DNA of 64,000 bases from an uncultured bacterium. Lineage in GTDB: Bacteria > Oederibacteriota > Oederibacteriia > Oederibacteriales > Oederibacteriaceae. The stretch is from assembly GCA_965112635.1 (NCBI GenBank), contig OZ218778.1:672001-736000 (forward strand). The letters are read 5' to 3'. The notes beneath the pieces are model-generated. The model made no database searches, was not told the DNA's origin, and saw only the letters and a list, made by a program, of their open reading frames with translations. Shown here piece after piece: positions 47,120 to 55,556 of this stretch (positions within the stretch are counted from its first letter, which is position 1; each line of letters begins with the position of its first letter). The translations under genes were made by a program, and so were the position numbers.

Positions 47120-48822
47120 CCCTGAGCCTTCTTTCCCAGTTTTTCCATCATCGTCTTGACGCAATCATCGACTTTGACCTTGAGGGGGTCTTTTTCCGAA
47201 CGTTTTTTGATCTCCACCATCCCCTCCAGCAGGGACTTGCCCACGGTGATGCGCCAGGGGATGCCGATCAAGTCCGCGTCCTTGAACTTGACCCCGGCCC
47301 GCTCGTCGCGATCGTCTAAAAGCACGTCACAGCCCTTGGCCAGCAAATCCTGATAGATCTTCTCGGCAGCGGACTTTTGTCCCTCATCCGAGACATTGGC
47401 CAGCACCATGACCACCTCAAAAGGGGCCAGCGCCTGAGGCCAGATGATGCCGTGCTCGTCATGGCTCTGCTCGATGGCCGCCGCCATGATCCGGCTGACC
47501 CCGATGCCGTAACAGCCCATGACAAAAGGCTTCTCCTTGCCGTCCTGGTCCAAAAAATTGGCTTTCATGGATTTGCTGTATTTGGTGCCCAGCTTAAAGC
47601 AGTGGCCGACCTCGATGCCCCGCTTGGTTTCCAAAATTTTTCCGCAGCGGGGGCACAGGTCTGCGGCCTTGACCTTGCGCAGGTCCGCGTACCCCGCGAC
47701 CTGGAAATCCCTGCCCGGGTTCACATTAATATAATGGTAGTCCTTTTCATTCCCCCCGCAGACCAGGTTGGTCAGCCCCTCCACGGAAAGGTCGGCCAGA
47801 AGCTCGACTTTTAGGTTCAGGGGTCCGGCAAACCCGACCGGCGCGCCAGTGTGTTTATAAATGGTTTCCGGACTGGCCAGGGTCACTTCGCTCACGCCCA
47901 GCTTGTTCTTGAGCTTGACCTCGTTAATCTCCTGGTCTCCGCGCATCAGGACCGCCGCAACTTTGTCCCCGGCCTGGTACAGGATGGTCTTGGCCATCTC
48001 GTGCGGTTTTTTCTTGAGGAAATTTTCCAGCTCTTCCACGGTGCGGATGTTGGGGGTGTGGACCTTTTGCAAGGGCTGGGGAGCTCCCGCGGCCGGTTTC
48101 ACCAACTTGCCCTCGGCCTTTTCCATGTTGGCGGCGTAACTGCACCCCGTGCAGCTGACGATCTCCTCCTCGCCCGTTTCGGCCATGACCATAAACTCGT
48201 GGGAGAACGACCCGCCGATCAGTCCGCTGTCCGCCTCCACGGTCTTGAAATTGAACCCGCACCGGTCAAAGATCCTGGCGTAGGCGTCGAGCATGACCTT
48301 GTAGCTGGCCTCAGCGCCGGCCTCGTCCCGGTCAAAACTGTAGGCGTCCTTCATCATGAACTCTTTGGCCCGCATGACCCCGAAACGCGGCCTGACCTCA
48401 TCCCTGAACTTGAGCTGGATCTGATAAAGGTTGACGGGAAGTTCTTTGTAGGAGCGCACGGTCCGGCGCACCATGTCCGTGATGACTTCCTCGTGGGTCG
48501 GCCCCAGGCAGTAGTCGTGCTCATGCCTGTCTTTAAGGCGCATCATCTCTTTGCCGTAAAGGCTCCAGCGCCCCGACTCCTGCCACAATTCCGCCGGAGA
48601 AAGGATGGGCATCAGCACTTCCTGGGCTCCGGCCGCGTTCATCTCCTCGCGGATGATCCGGATGACTCGTTCCAGCACCCGTGAGGCCAGCGGCAGGAAC
48701 TCATAGATACCCGAAGCGACCTTGAGCATATACCCCGCCCGGAGCATCAGCTGGTGGCTCAGGGTCTCGGCCTCAGCCGGCACCTCTTTGGTGGTAGGTA
48801 TAAGCATTTTGGAAATCCGCAT
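47116..48822 (-). CDS. proS: proline--tRNA ligase, bacterial type with editing domain
   Basis: SHQLMLRAG, LGPTHEE, KFRDEVRPRFGVMRAKEF, GIEVGHCFKLG, MGCYGIGVSR. Confidence 0.97.
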   Translation of the reverse strand: MRISKMLIPTTKEVPAEAETLSHQLMLRAGYMLKVASGIYEFLPLASRVLERVIRIIREEMNAAGAQEVLMPILSPAELWQESGRWSLYGKEMMRLKDRHEHDYCLGPTHEEVITDMVRRTVRSYKELPVNLYQIQLKFRDEVRPRFGVMRAKEFMMKDAYSFDRDEAGAEASYKVMLDAYARIFDRCGFNFKTVEADSGLIGGSFSHEFMVMAETGEEEIVSCTGCSYAANMEKAEGKLVKPAAGAPQPLQKVHTPNIRTVEELENFLKKKPHEMAKTILYQAGDKVAAVLMRGDQEINEVKLKNKLGVSEVTLASPETIYKHTGAPVGFAGPLNLKVELLADLSVEGLTNLVCGGNEKDYHYINVNPGRDFQVAGYADLRKVKAADLCPRCGKILETKRGIEVGHCFKLGTKYSKSMKANFLDQDGKEKPFVMGCYGIGVSRIMAAAIEQSHDEHGIIWPQALAPFEVVMVLANVSDEGQKSAAEKIYQDLLAKGCDVLLDDRDERAGVKFKDADLIGIPWRITVGKSLLEGMVEIKKRSEKDPLKVKVDDCVKTMMEKLGKKAQG

Positions 48823-48841
48823 CAAACCTCCTAAACTGTTC

Positions 48842-50263
48842 TTAAAAGTTCTTGATCACGATCGTCCCGTTCGGCGAATCTTCCACTTTGTAGCCCTTGC
48901 TCTGGATCTGGTTCCTCAACCGGTCGGCCTGCGGCCAGTCCCGGTTGGCTCGCGCCTCATCCCTGCGCCTGGCCATATCCTTGACCTCATCCTCCAGGCT
49001 TCCCTGAGCTTGGACCACACCCAAAATCGTGCCCAGGTCCACCAGCACCTTTTCCGCGTCCCGCATCACTTTTTGGGACGCCTCGGTGCGCTGGAAACCT
49101 TTGCGGGCCAGGGTGCTTTTGATCTCGCTCAAGAGCTCGAAGACCACGGCGAACGCCCGCGGCGTGTTGAGGTCGTCGTCCATGGCCGTCTGGAAATCCT
49201 TTTTGGATTTGAAATTCTTTTCCCGCAGGTTGTTGAGCTCCGTGATATTGCCCCGGCTGGAGGGTTTGGACCTCAAGTGGTCTCGCATGCGCGCCAGCGT
49301 GTTGCTGAACTCCTCGATACCGGCCCTGGCCTGGGCCAGGCTTTCCTCGGTATACTCCAGGGGCCCCCGGTAATGCCCGGATAAAAGGAAATACCGCAAG
49401 GTCGCCGGCCGGTGGGTCTTTAAAAGCTCCCGGACCGTCAGGAAATTGCCCATGGATTTGCCCATCCGTTCGCCTTTGACCTGCAAAAGGCCGTTATGCA
49501 GCCAATAACGGGCAAAAGGTTTGCCTGTGGCCCCTTCGCTCTGGGCGATCTCGTTCTCATGGTGCGGGAAGATCAAGTCGTTCCCTCCGGCGTGGATGTC
49601 AAAGGTCTCGCCCAGGTAACAGGTGGACATGGCCGAACATTCGATATGCCAGCCCGGCCGGCCCTTGCCCCAGGGGCTGTCCCAGCTGGGCTCGCCCTCT
49701 TTGGCCTGTTTCCACAGGGTGAAATCCAGGGGGTTTTTCTTTTGCTCGTTAACCTCGATGCGTGCCCCGCTCTGCAATTCGGCCACCTGCTGTTTGGAAA
49801 GCTTGCCGTACTCCTTGAACTGTCCGACCTCAAAATAAACGTCCCCTCCCGCCACGTAGGCCTTGCCGTTCTTGATGAGCCGCTCCACCAGCTGGATGAT
49901 CTGGCCGATGTGGTCCGTGGCGCGGGGATAAAAGTTGGCTCGCATCAGGCCCAAAGCGTCGGCGTCCAAAAAATACGCCTCCGCGTATTTCTTGGCCACC
50001 TCGGAGGCTGGGATATTCTCGGCCTTGGCCTGCTCTATGATTTTATCGTCCACATCGGTCAGATTTTGGACAAAGGTCACCTGCCAGCCGGCCATGTCCA
50101 GGTAGCGCCGCAGGCAGTCAAAGACCACGAAGTTCCTCGCGTTGCCCAGGTGGAAATAGTTGTAGACCGTGGGGCCGCAGTTGTAGATCCTGACCTTGCC
50201 TTTTTCCAGGGGGACGAAATCCTGTTTTTCTCCGGTGAGGGTGTTTAAAAATTGTAGGCTCAA
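48842..50263 (-). CDS. cysS: cysteine--tRNA ligase
   Basis: CGPTVY...[33 protein letters not shown] (KMSKS-like). Confidence 0.97.
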   Translation of the reverse strand: MSLQFLNTLTGEKQDFVPLEKGKVRIYNCGPTVYNYFHLGNARNFVVFDCLRRYLDMAGWQVTFVQNLTDVDDKIIEQAKAENIPASEVAKKYAEAYFLDADALGLMRANFYPRATDHIGQIIQLVERLIKNGKAYVAGGDVYFEVGQFKEYGKLSKQQVAELQSGARIEVNEQKKNPLDFTLWKQAKEGEPSWDSPWGKGRPGWHIECSAMSTCYLGETFDIHAGGNDLIFPHHENEIAQSEGATGKPFARYWLHNGLLQVKGERMGKSMGNFLTVRELLKTHRPATLRYFLLSGHYRGPLEYTEESLAQARAGIEEFSNTLARMRDHLRSKPSSRGNITELNNLREKNFKSKKDFQTAMDDDLNTPRAFAVVFELLSEIKSTLARKGFQRTEASQKVMRDAEKVLVDLGTILGVVQAQGSLEDEVKDMARRRDEARANRDWPQADRLRNQIQSKGYKVEDSPNGTIVIKNF

Positions 50264-50925
50264 GGGTTCTTTTTTCCTTTAGGATGGCTGTCCGTGCGGC
50301 CCAAACTTCTTTTTTGCCGGCGCAATACCTTTTCCAGCTGGTGGATCTCCATCTGCAGCCTGGCCACCCGCGAAAACAGCGGGTCGGGTAGCTGCGCGTG
50401 GTCCAAAGTCTGTTCGGGGTCTTCGCCGGGCCTGGTCTTCACGATACGGCCCGGGATCCCCACGATCGTTGAGTAAGCCGGGGCGGAACTGAGGACCACC
50501 GCGTTGGCCCCGATGTAACTGTGGTTGCCGATGGTGATGTTGCCCAGCACCTTGGCGCCCACGCCGACCATCACATGGTTGCCCAGCGTGGGATGCCGTT
50601 TGCCGTGTTCTTTGCCGGTGCCGCCCAGGGTCACGCCCTGGAACAGAGTGCAATCATCCCCGACCACGGCTGTTTCGCCGATGACCACTCCCATGCCGTG
50701 GTCGATAAAGAACCTTTTGCCGATCTGAGCGCCCGGGTGTATCTCAATGCCGGTAAAAAGCCGGGCGATTTGGGAAAACAAACGCGGGAAAAAGGGGATG
50801 TGTAGTTTATACAAAAAATGGTCGATGCGATGGGCCAACAAGGCGTAGAGATGGGGGTAGAGAACCAGCTCCCACGGCTTGGCCGCCGGGTCTCTTTCTA
50901 ATACCGCTTTGATGGCGTCAAACAT
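50260..50925 (-). CDS. cysE: serine O-acetyltransferase
   Basis: ERDPAA, TGIEIHPGA, FIDHGMGVVIGET, GVTLGGTGKE...RHPTLG. Confidence 0.95.
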   Translation of the reverse strand: MFDAIKAVLERDPAAKPWELVLYPHLYALLAHRIDHFLYKLHIPFFPRLFSQIARLFTGIEIHPGAQIGKRFFIDHGMGVVIGETAVVGDDCTLFQGVTLGGTGKEHGKRHPTLGNHVMVGVGAKVLGNITIGNHSYIGANAVVLSSAPAYSTIVGIPGRIVKTRPGEDPEQTLDHAQLPDPLFSRVARLQMEIHQLEKVLRRQKRSLGRTDSHPKGKKNP

Positions 50926-50947
50926 ATCTTCCTCCGTCCGGTTTTAA

Positions 50948-51033
50948 TAGTCTGCTTCAATGGACTCTTTACAGTCCCCGCACAGGCTCATGCCTGCGCA
51001 CCTTGAGGGCGTGGGGACTTTTTCAGCGGTCTA
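50948..51033. mobile_element. degenerate MITE-like element between ispF and cysE
   Basis: Shares caccttgagggcg, ggggactttt(t)cagc and caggct..gcctg with 39982-40170; imperfect terminal IR tagtctgct/agcggtcta. Confidence 0.55.
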
Positions 51034-51077
51034 GTAAGCAAATATACTTGATATTCCGCACCTTTTAAATAGGCCGT

Positions 51078-51542
51078 TTACTTCCTCTTTATTTGGACCA
51101 TGACCATGGCCGCCATGGCTTTTTTATGGCCTATTTCGCCTAAACCCTTGGCTGTCGTGGACTTTATATTAATAGAAGACGCGTTCACCCCCAGGATTTT
51201 CGCCAGGTTGGCCTTCATTGGGGGGATAAAAGGCGACAGCCTGGGCTCCTCGGCAACCAGGGTCGCGTCCACATTGACCAGCTTGCACCCCTTTAAATGA
51301 GACAGTATTTTCTTTAATAGCTCAGTACTTTTGGCGTTTTTATATTTCGGATCGCTCGACCCGAAGACCTTGCCGATATCCCCTTTACCGACTGCTCCCA
51401 GCAGGGCGTCGATCAGGGCATGGGTCAAAATATCCGCGTCTGAATGTCCGTCCAGGCCCAGCGGATAAGGGATGGTCACCCCTCCCAGGACCAGCTTCCT
51501 GCCTTTTTTCAATTTGTGCATGTCAAAACCAAGTCCGACCAT
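51078..51542 (-). CDS. ispF: 2-C-methyl-D-erythritol 2,4-cyclodiphosphate synthase
   Basis: GLGFDMH, LVLGGV, GHSDADILTHALIDALLGA...GDIG. Confidence 0.95.
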   Translation of the reverse strand: MVGLGFDMHKLKKGRKLVLGGVTIPYPLGLDGHSDADILTHALIDALLGAVGKGDIGKVFGSSDPKYKNAKSTELLKKILSHLKGCKLVNVDATLVAEEPRLSPFIPPMKANLAKILGVNASSINIKSTTAKGLGEIGHKKAMAAMVMVQIKRK

Positions 51543-51545
51543 GCT

Positions 51546-52586
51546 CTAGACCTCCCGGACGTTCAATCCGTAAGACTCGACTTTTTCCGTATACTCTAAA
51601 ATTTTTTCCATCATCTGCACGGTCTCCACCGGGTGCATCCCGGCCGCGGTTTCTTCGGACAGCATGACATAGTCCGTGCCGTCCAGGACCGCGTTGGCCA
51701 CATCAGACACTTCGGCCCGCGTCGGCCTCAGATGTTCTACCATGCTTTCCAGCATCTGCGTGGCCGTGATCACGAACTTTCCGCGCTGATTGCATTTTTT
51801 GATGATCTTCTTTTGCACGACCGGCACTTCCCATATCGGCAAGGACACTCCCATGTCCCCGCGCGCGATCATGATGCCGTCCGCAGCTTCGATGATGTCG
51901 TCGATATTCCCGATCGCTTCCTTGTTCTCTATCTTGGCCACGATCTTGACCCCGGCCAATTTCCCGGCCAGCACCGATCTTAATGTCAGGATGTCCTGCT
52001 TGGCGCGTACAAAAGAAAGCGCCAGCATATCCACCCTGTTCTTCACGGCAAATTTCAGGTCGTGCCGGTCTTTTTCCGTCACAGCCTGGAATTTCAAAGG
52101 AGAGTCCGGGATATTCACTCCCTTTCTCTCCTTTAAAACTCCGCCAATCATCACTTCTGCTTTGAATTTCTTGTCCCCGGTCGACTTGACCTCAAAAGCC
52201 AGGTTGCCGTCATCAATGTAGATCATATCCCCTTTTTTGATGCCTTTCAGGCTCCCGGTATAATCAATGGGGATCAGCCCCGGCCCTCCCAAAACCCGTT
52301 CATTGGTGAACCAAACCGTCTGCCGCTTCTTTATTATTAAAGGTTGCCCGTCCCTGAACCTGGTCACCCTGATACGGGGGCCCTCCAGGTCCTGCAGGAT
52401 TTGAAGACTAGGGTGCATCCTTTTTTTTATCTTTTTGACCAGGTCAAAATTGGCCTGCTGTTCCTGCGGCGTTCCGTGGGAAAAATTTAAACGCACTACT
52501 TCGACGCCGGCTCGGACCATCTTTACCAGCACTTTTTCCTGGCTGGAAGCCGGCCCCAGGGTCGCCACGATCTTTGTTTTCACCAT
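51546..52586 (-). CDS. pyk: pyruvate kinase, short form lacking the C-terminal domain
   Basis: KTKIVATLGPAS, RLNFSHG, DLEGPRIR, AKIEN, MIARGDMG, TATQMLESM, PTRAEVSDVANAVLDGTD; ends about 25 aa after A-G-x-H-P. Confidence 0.93.
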   Translation of the reverse strand: MVKTKIVATLGPASSQEKVLVKMVRAGVEVVRLNFSHGTPQEQQANFDLVKKIKKRMHPSLQILQDLEGPRIRVTRFRDGQPLIIKKRQTVWFTNERVLGGPGLIPIDYTGSLKGIKKGDMIYIDDGNLAFEVKSTGDKKFKAEVMIGGVLKERKGVNIPDSPLKFQAVTEKDRHDLKFAVKNRVDMLALSFVRAKQDILTLRSVLAGKLAGVKIVAKIENKEAIGNIDDIIEAADGIMIARGDMGVSLPIWEVPVVQKKIIKKCNQRGKFVITATQMLESMVEHLRPTRAEVSDVANAVLDGTDYVMLSEETAAGMHPVETVQMMEKILEYTEKVESYGLNVREV

Positions 52587-52746
52587 AGATATATAGATTA
52601 TCAAAATATTTTTGTTTAACCAAAGTAAATGTATCCGCCCAGGCAAGCCGGTCCACGAACTCTCCGTAATACTTTGCTCCTATTCCATATAAACCGGGTT
52701 GGGTTATAATATTGCCTATTAAATCTGGCTATCGAGGAAAACCATA

Positions 52747-54774
52747 ATGTTAAAAACCCAATCTTTGGACGGGACCTGGAAACTGACCGACAAAAAACCT
52801 GCAGTTGGTATCCGCGGCCTCCAGGCCCAAGTCCCAGGCCTGGTGCAGGAAGCGCTCCTCTCCGCCGGCAGATTGCCCAAAGGCTATGGCGCCTCGACCT
52901 TGAAAAAATGGCAATGGGTGGAAAAAAAGACCTGGTGGTATTCCAAAGCCTTTGTCCCCGCTCCGGCTTTACTCCAGAACGGTAAAGTGTTCTTATGTTT
53001 TGACGGTTTGGACACCCTGGCCACGGTCTGGCTCAACAATAAAAAAATAGGCTCTCCCTCCAATATGTACGCTTTTTTCCGTTTTGATGTCACCAAACTA
53101 CTCCAACCTGATCGCCCTAATACGATTGTGGTAAGGCTGCAGTCCCTGGAGTCTCCCCATCTGGACAGGGGTAAAGTCCGCAAATCCCAGATGTCTTTTG
53201 GGTGGGATTTTGCGCCCCGCATGCTTTCCACCGGTATCTGGAGGTCTGTCCGCCTGGAAAGCGTGGAACAGGCAGTGCTCCGTTCCATCTGGGTGGATAC
53301 CAGGAGCGCGGACCCCCGCTCAGCTCAAGGCAATGTCCATATAGAAATAGAAGCAGCTCTGGGTCATCCCCAATCTTTAATGTTGAAGATGCAGGCATCT
53401 CATGGGAACAGCAAACTTAAACTGGAGAAAAAAGTTGTTTTGAAAAAAGGTTTACAGACCGTGATCATACCATTCCAAGTTTCCCGGCCCAGCCTGTGGT
53501 GGCCCCATACCCATGGCCAGCCCTCCCTATATAAAGGTAAGGCAACCTTATCCCTTGGGAAAAAGATCCTCCATGCTAAAAATATGGAATTCGGCCTGCG
53601 GACCGTGAAACTCCTCCACAAAGAGAACGGCAAGAACGTTTTCAAGATACTCATCAACGGCCAATACATTTTCTGGCGCGGTATCAATGTCGTGCCCCTG
53701 GACCTGTTCTTTACCCGGATCGACTCCAGCCGTTGTTGGAAAATGGCCAAGGCCATCAAGGACATGAACGCCAATTCTCTGCGCATCTGGGGCGGCGGCA
53801 TGTATCCGGAGGATGCTTTTTTCCAGGCCTGCGATGCGCTCGGCCTCATGGTCTGGCATGACTTTACCTTTGCCAACACCTTCAGCCCGACCAACCGGGC
53901 TTTTGTCCAAAGCGTGGAGCAGGAGCTGGCCACCCAGATCAAAAGGCTGCGCAACCACGCTTCCCTGTGCCTCTGGTGCGGAGACAACGAGATCGACTGG
54001 GGATGCGCGGGTTATAGCGGGGGCTCGGGCAAGAAGAAATATTTCTGGAATACAAATATCTATAACCGCAAGGTCGTTCCAGGGGCCCTGAAAAAACTCG
54101 ATCCCAGCCGGCCCTATATTTACAGCAGCCCGTGTTCACTCGACCCCAAGGTGAACCCCAACGATCCCGGCCAGGGCGACCAGCACAACTGGGAAGTGTG
54201 GCATCGTAAAGCGCCCATTGAGAACTATCAGAGAGAAACCGGTTTGTTCATAAGCGAGTTCGGTATCCAGGGTATCCCTGACTTTAAGACCTTGTGCGCT
54301 ATCCTCAAGCCCTCTGAACTCTGGCCCGTGATGCCGGCCTGGAAAGAGAACAGTTTTGACCAGGAAAAAATGGAGGTCTTGATGCAGCGTTACGGCGTCC
54401 CGGCTGACCTCACCCACTACATCGAAGTTTCGCAAAAAGCCCAGGCTGACGGCTTGGAACTGGCTATCCGTTCTTTCCGGTCCCGGATGGACGGCAATGG
54501 CGCGCCCACTTGCGGCGGATGTATGCCCTGGCAAATGAACGAACCCTGGCCTTCCATCTGCTGGAGCGTCATGGATTATTTTGGCAGGAAAAAAGCGGGA
54601 TACTACGCGGTCAAGCGGTCTTATCAGGATGTCATCGTGGTCAATAAATTGGAAGGAAATAAGCTGACTTCAACCGTGGTCAATGACAGCCCCCGTGCTG
54701 TGAAGAAAAAAGTCTTTGGCCGGGTCGTTAATGTTCCGCCCCGTCAGACCCGCCGCGTCACCATGGCGGTATAA
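52747..54774 (+). CDS. GH2 beta-mannosidase-like glycoside hydrolase
   Basis: FDGLDTLATVWLN, RKSQMSFGWDFAP, LRIWGGG, WCGDNE (acid/base), FISEFG (nucleophile), WQMNEPWP. Confidence 0.9.
   Translation: MLKTQSLDGTWKLTDKKPAVGIRGLQAQVPGLVQEALLSAGRLPKGYGASTLKKWQWVEKKTWWYSKAFVPAPALLQNGKVFLCFDGLDTLATVWLNNKKIGSPSNMYAFFRFDVTKLLQPDRPNTIVVRLQSLESPHLDRGKVRKSQMSFGWDFAPRMLSTGIWRSVRLESVEQAVLRSIWVDTRSADPRSAQGNVHIEIEAALGHPQSLMLKMQASHGNSKLKLEKKVVLKKGLQTVIIPFQVSRPSLWWPHTHGQPSLYKGKATLSLGKKILHAKNMEFGLRTVKLLHKENGKNVFKILINGQYIFWRGINVVPLDLFFTRIDSSRCWKMAKAIKDMNANSLRIWGGGMYPEDAFFQACDALGLMVWHDFTFANTFSPTNRAFVQSVEQELATQIKRLRNHASLCLWCGDNEIDWGCAGYSGGSGKKKYFWNTNIYNRKVVPGALKKLDPSRPYIYSSPCSLDPKVNPNDPGQGDQHNWEVWHRKAPIENYQRETGLFISEFGIQGIPDFKTLCAILKPSELWPVMPAWKENSFDQEKMEVLMQRYGVPADLTHYIEVSQKAQADGLELAIRSFRSRMDGNGAPTCGGCMPWQMNEPWPSICWSVMDYFGRKKAGYYAVKRSYQDVIVVNKLEGNKLTSTVVNDSPRAVKKKVFGRVVNVPPRQTRRVTMAV
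54748..54771 (+). repeat. left copy of 24-bp direct repeat flanking the TA module
   Basis: acccgccgcgtcaccatggcggta; 23/24 identical to 55523-55546. Confidence 0.85.
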
Positions 54775-54783
54775 TACCTGAGC

Positions 54784-54823
54784 TTGACTTCACCCTTCCA
54801 TAGTATATACTGGCAGTATATAC
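54784..54823 (+). promoter_or_regulatory. TA promoter with tandem palindromic operator
   Basis: TTGACT-16 nt-TATACT; two copies of palindrome GTATATAC separated by TGGCA overlap the -10. Confidence 0.7.
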
Positions 54824-54840
54824 CATAGGAGGTAACCGAT

Positions 54841-55080
54841 ATGTCTAAAGCCTTATCTTTAAAACTGCGTGAAGATGTGTTTGAGCAGGTGGAAAAAATC
54901 TCCAAACAGGCCCATGTGCCCCGCAATACCTACATCAATCATGCCCTTGGTTTTTATAACGCCTATAATGAGCGAAAACTGCTTCGCTCCCAGCTGCACA
55001 AAGAATCCCGTCTGGTTCGCAGCGATTCCATACGGGTACTTCACGAATTTGAGAAGTTAGAGGACGACCTGATTGAATGA
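54841..55080 (+). CDS. antitoxin, ribbon-helix-helix-like
   Basis: SD AGGAGG; KALSLKLREDVFEQVE...RNTYINHAL, acidic tail; overlaps the toxin start (ATGA). Confidence 0.8.
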   Translation: MSKALSLKLREDVFEQVEKISKQAHVPRNTYINHALGFYNAYNERKLLRSQLHKESRLVRSDSIRVLHEFEKLEDDLIE

Positions 55081-55415
55081 AGATAAAAAAATATTGCATC
55101 TGCCTCGCTGATTTAAATCCCAGGTTTGGCACAGAACCAGGCAAAACGCGCCCTGTGGTGGTCTTGCAAACAGACCTATTGAACAATGAACACCCCAGCA
55201 CCATCATCTGCCCCATCACCACGAATGTAAAAAAAGAGTCTTCCCTGCTCAGGGTTCATCTGTCTGAAAATGAATGCGGACTTAAAAAAAATTCGGATAT
55301 CCTGGTAGATCAAATCCGCGCCATTGACAATCGTCGCTTCATTAAGGAAATAGGAGTTTTATCTTTGCGCCACCAGGAACAACTCACCAAAAACATCAAA
55401 ATTCTTTTAACCTAA
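55077..55415 (+). CDS. mazF: PemK/MazF-family endoribonuclease toxin
   Basis: LADLNPRFGTEPGKTRPVVVLQ, STIICPITT, SDILVDQIRAIDNRRF. Confidence 0.93.
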   Translation: MKIKKYCICLADLNPRFGTEPGKTRPVVVLQTDLLNNEHPSTIICPITTNVKKESSLLRVHLSENECGLKKNSDILVDQIRAIDNRRFIKEIGVLSLRHQEQLTKNIKILLT

Positions 55416-55522
55416 CCCCTTATCGCCTGCTTTTTCATCATTTCGACACTTCTAGAAATGTAGAAATGATATCGACTTAAAAATGATTCAACTTTTCCAA
55501 TCTGTTTAATTTCTGCCGCTCC

Positions 55523-55546
55523 ACCCGCCGCGCCACCATGGCGGTA
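55523..55546 (+). repeat. right copy of 24-bp direct repeat flanking the TA module
   Basis: acccgccgcgccaccatggcggta. Confidence 0.85.
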
Positions 55547-55556
55547 AAAAAATTTT

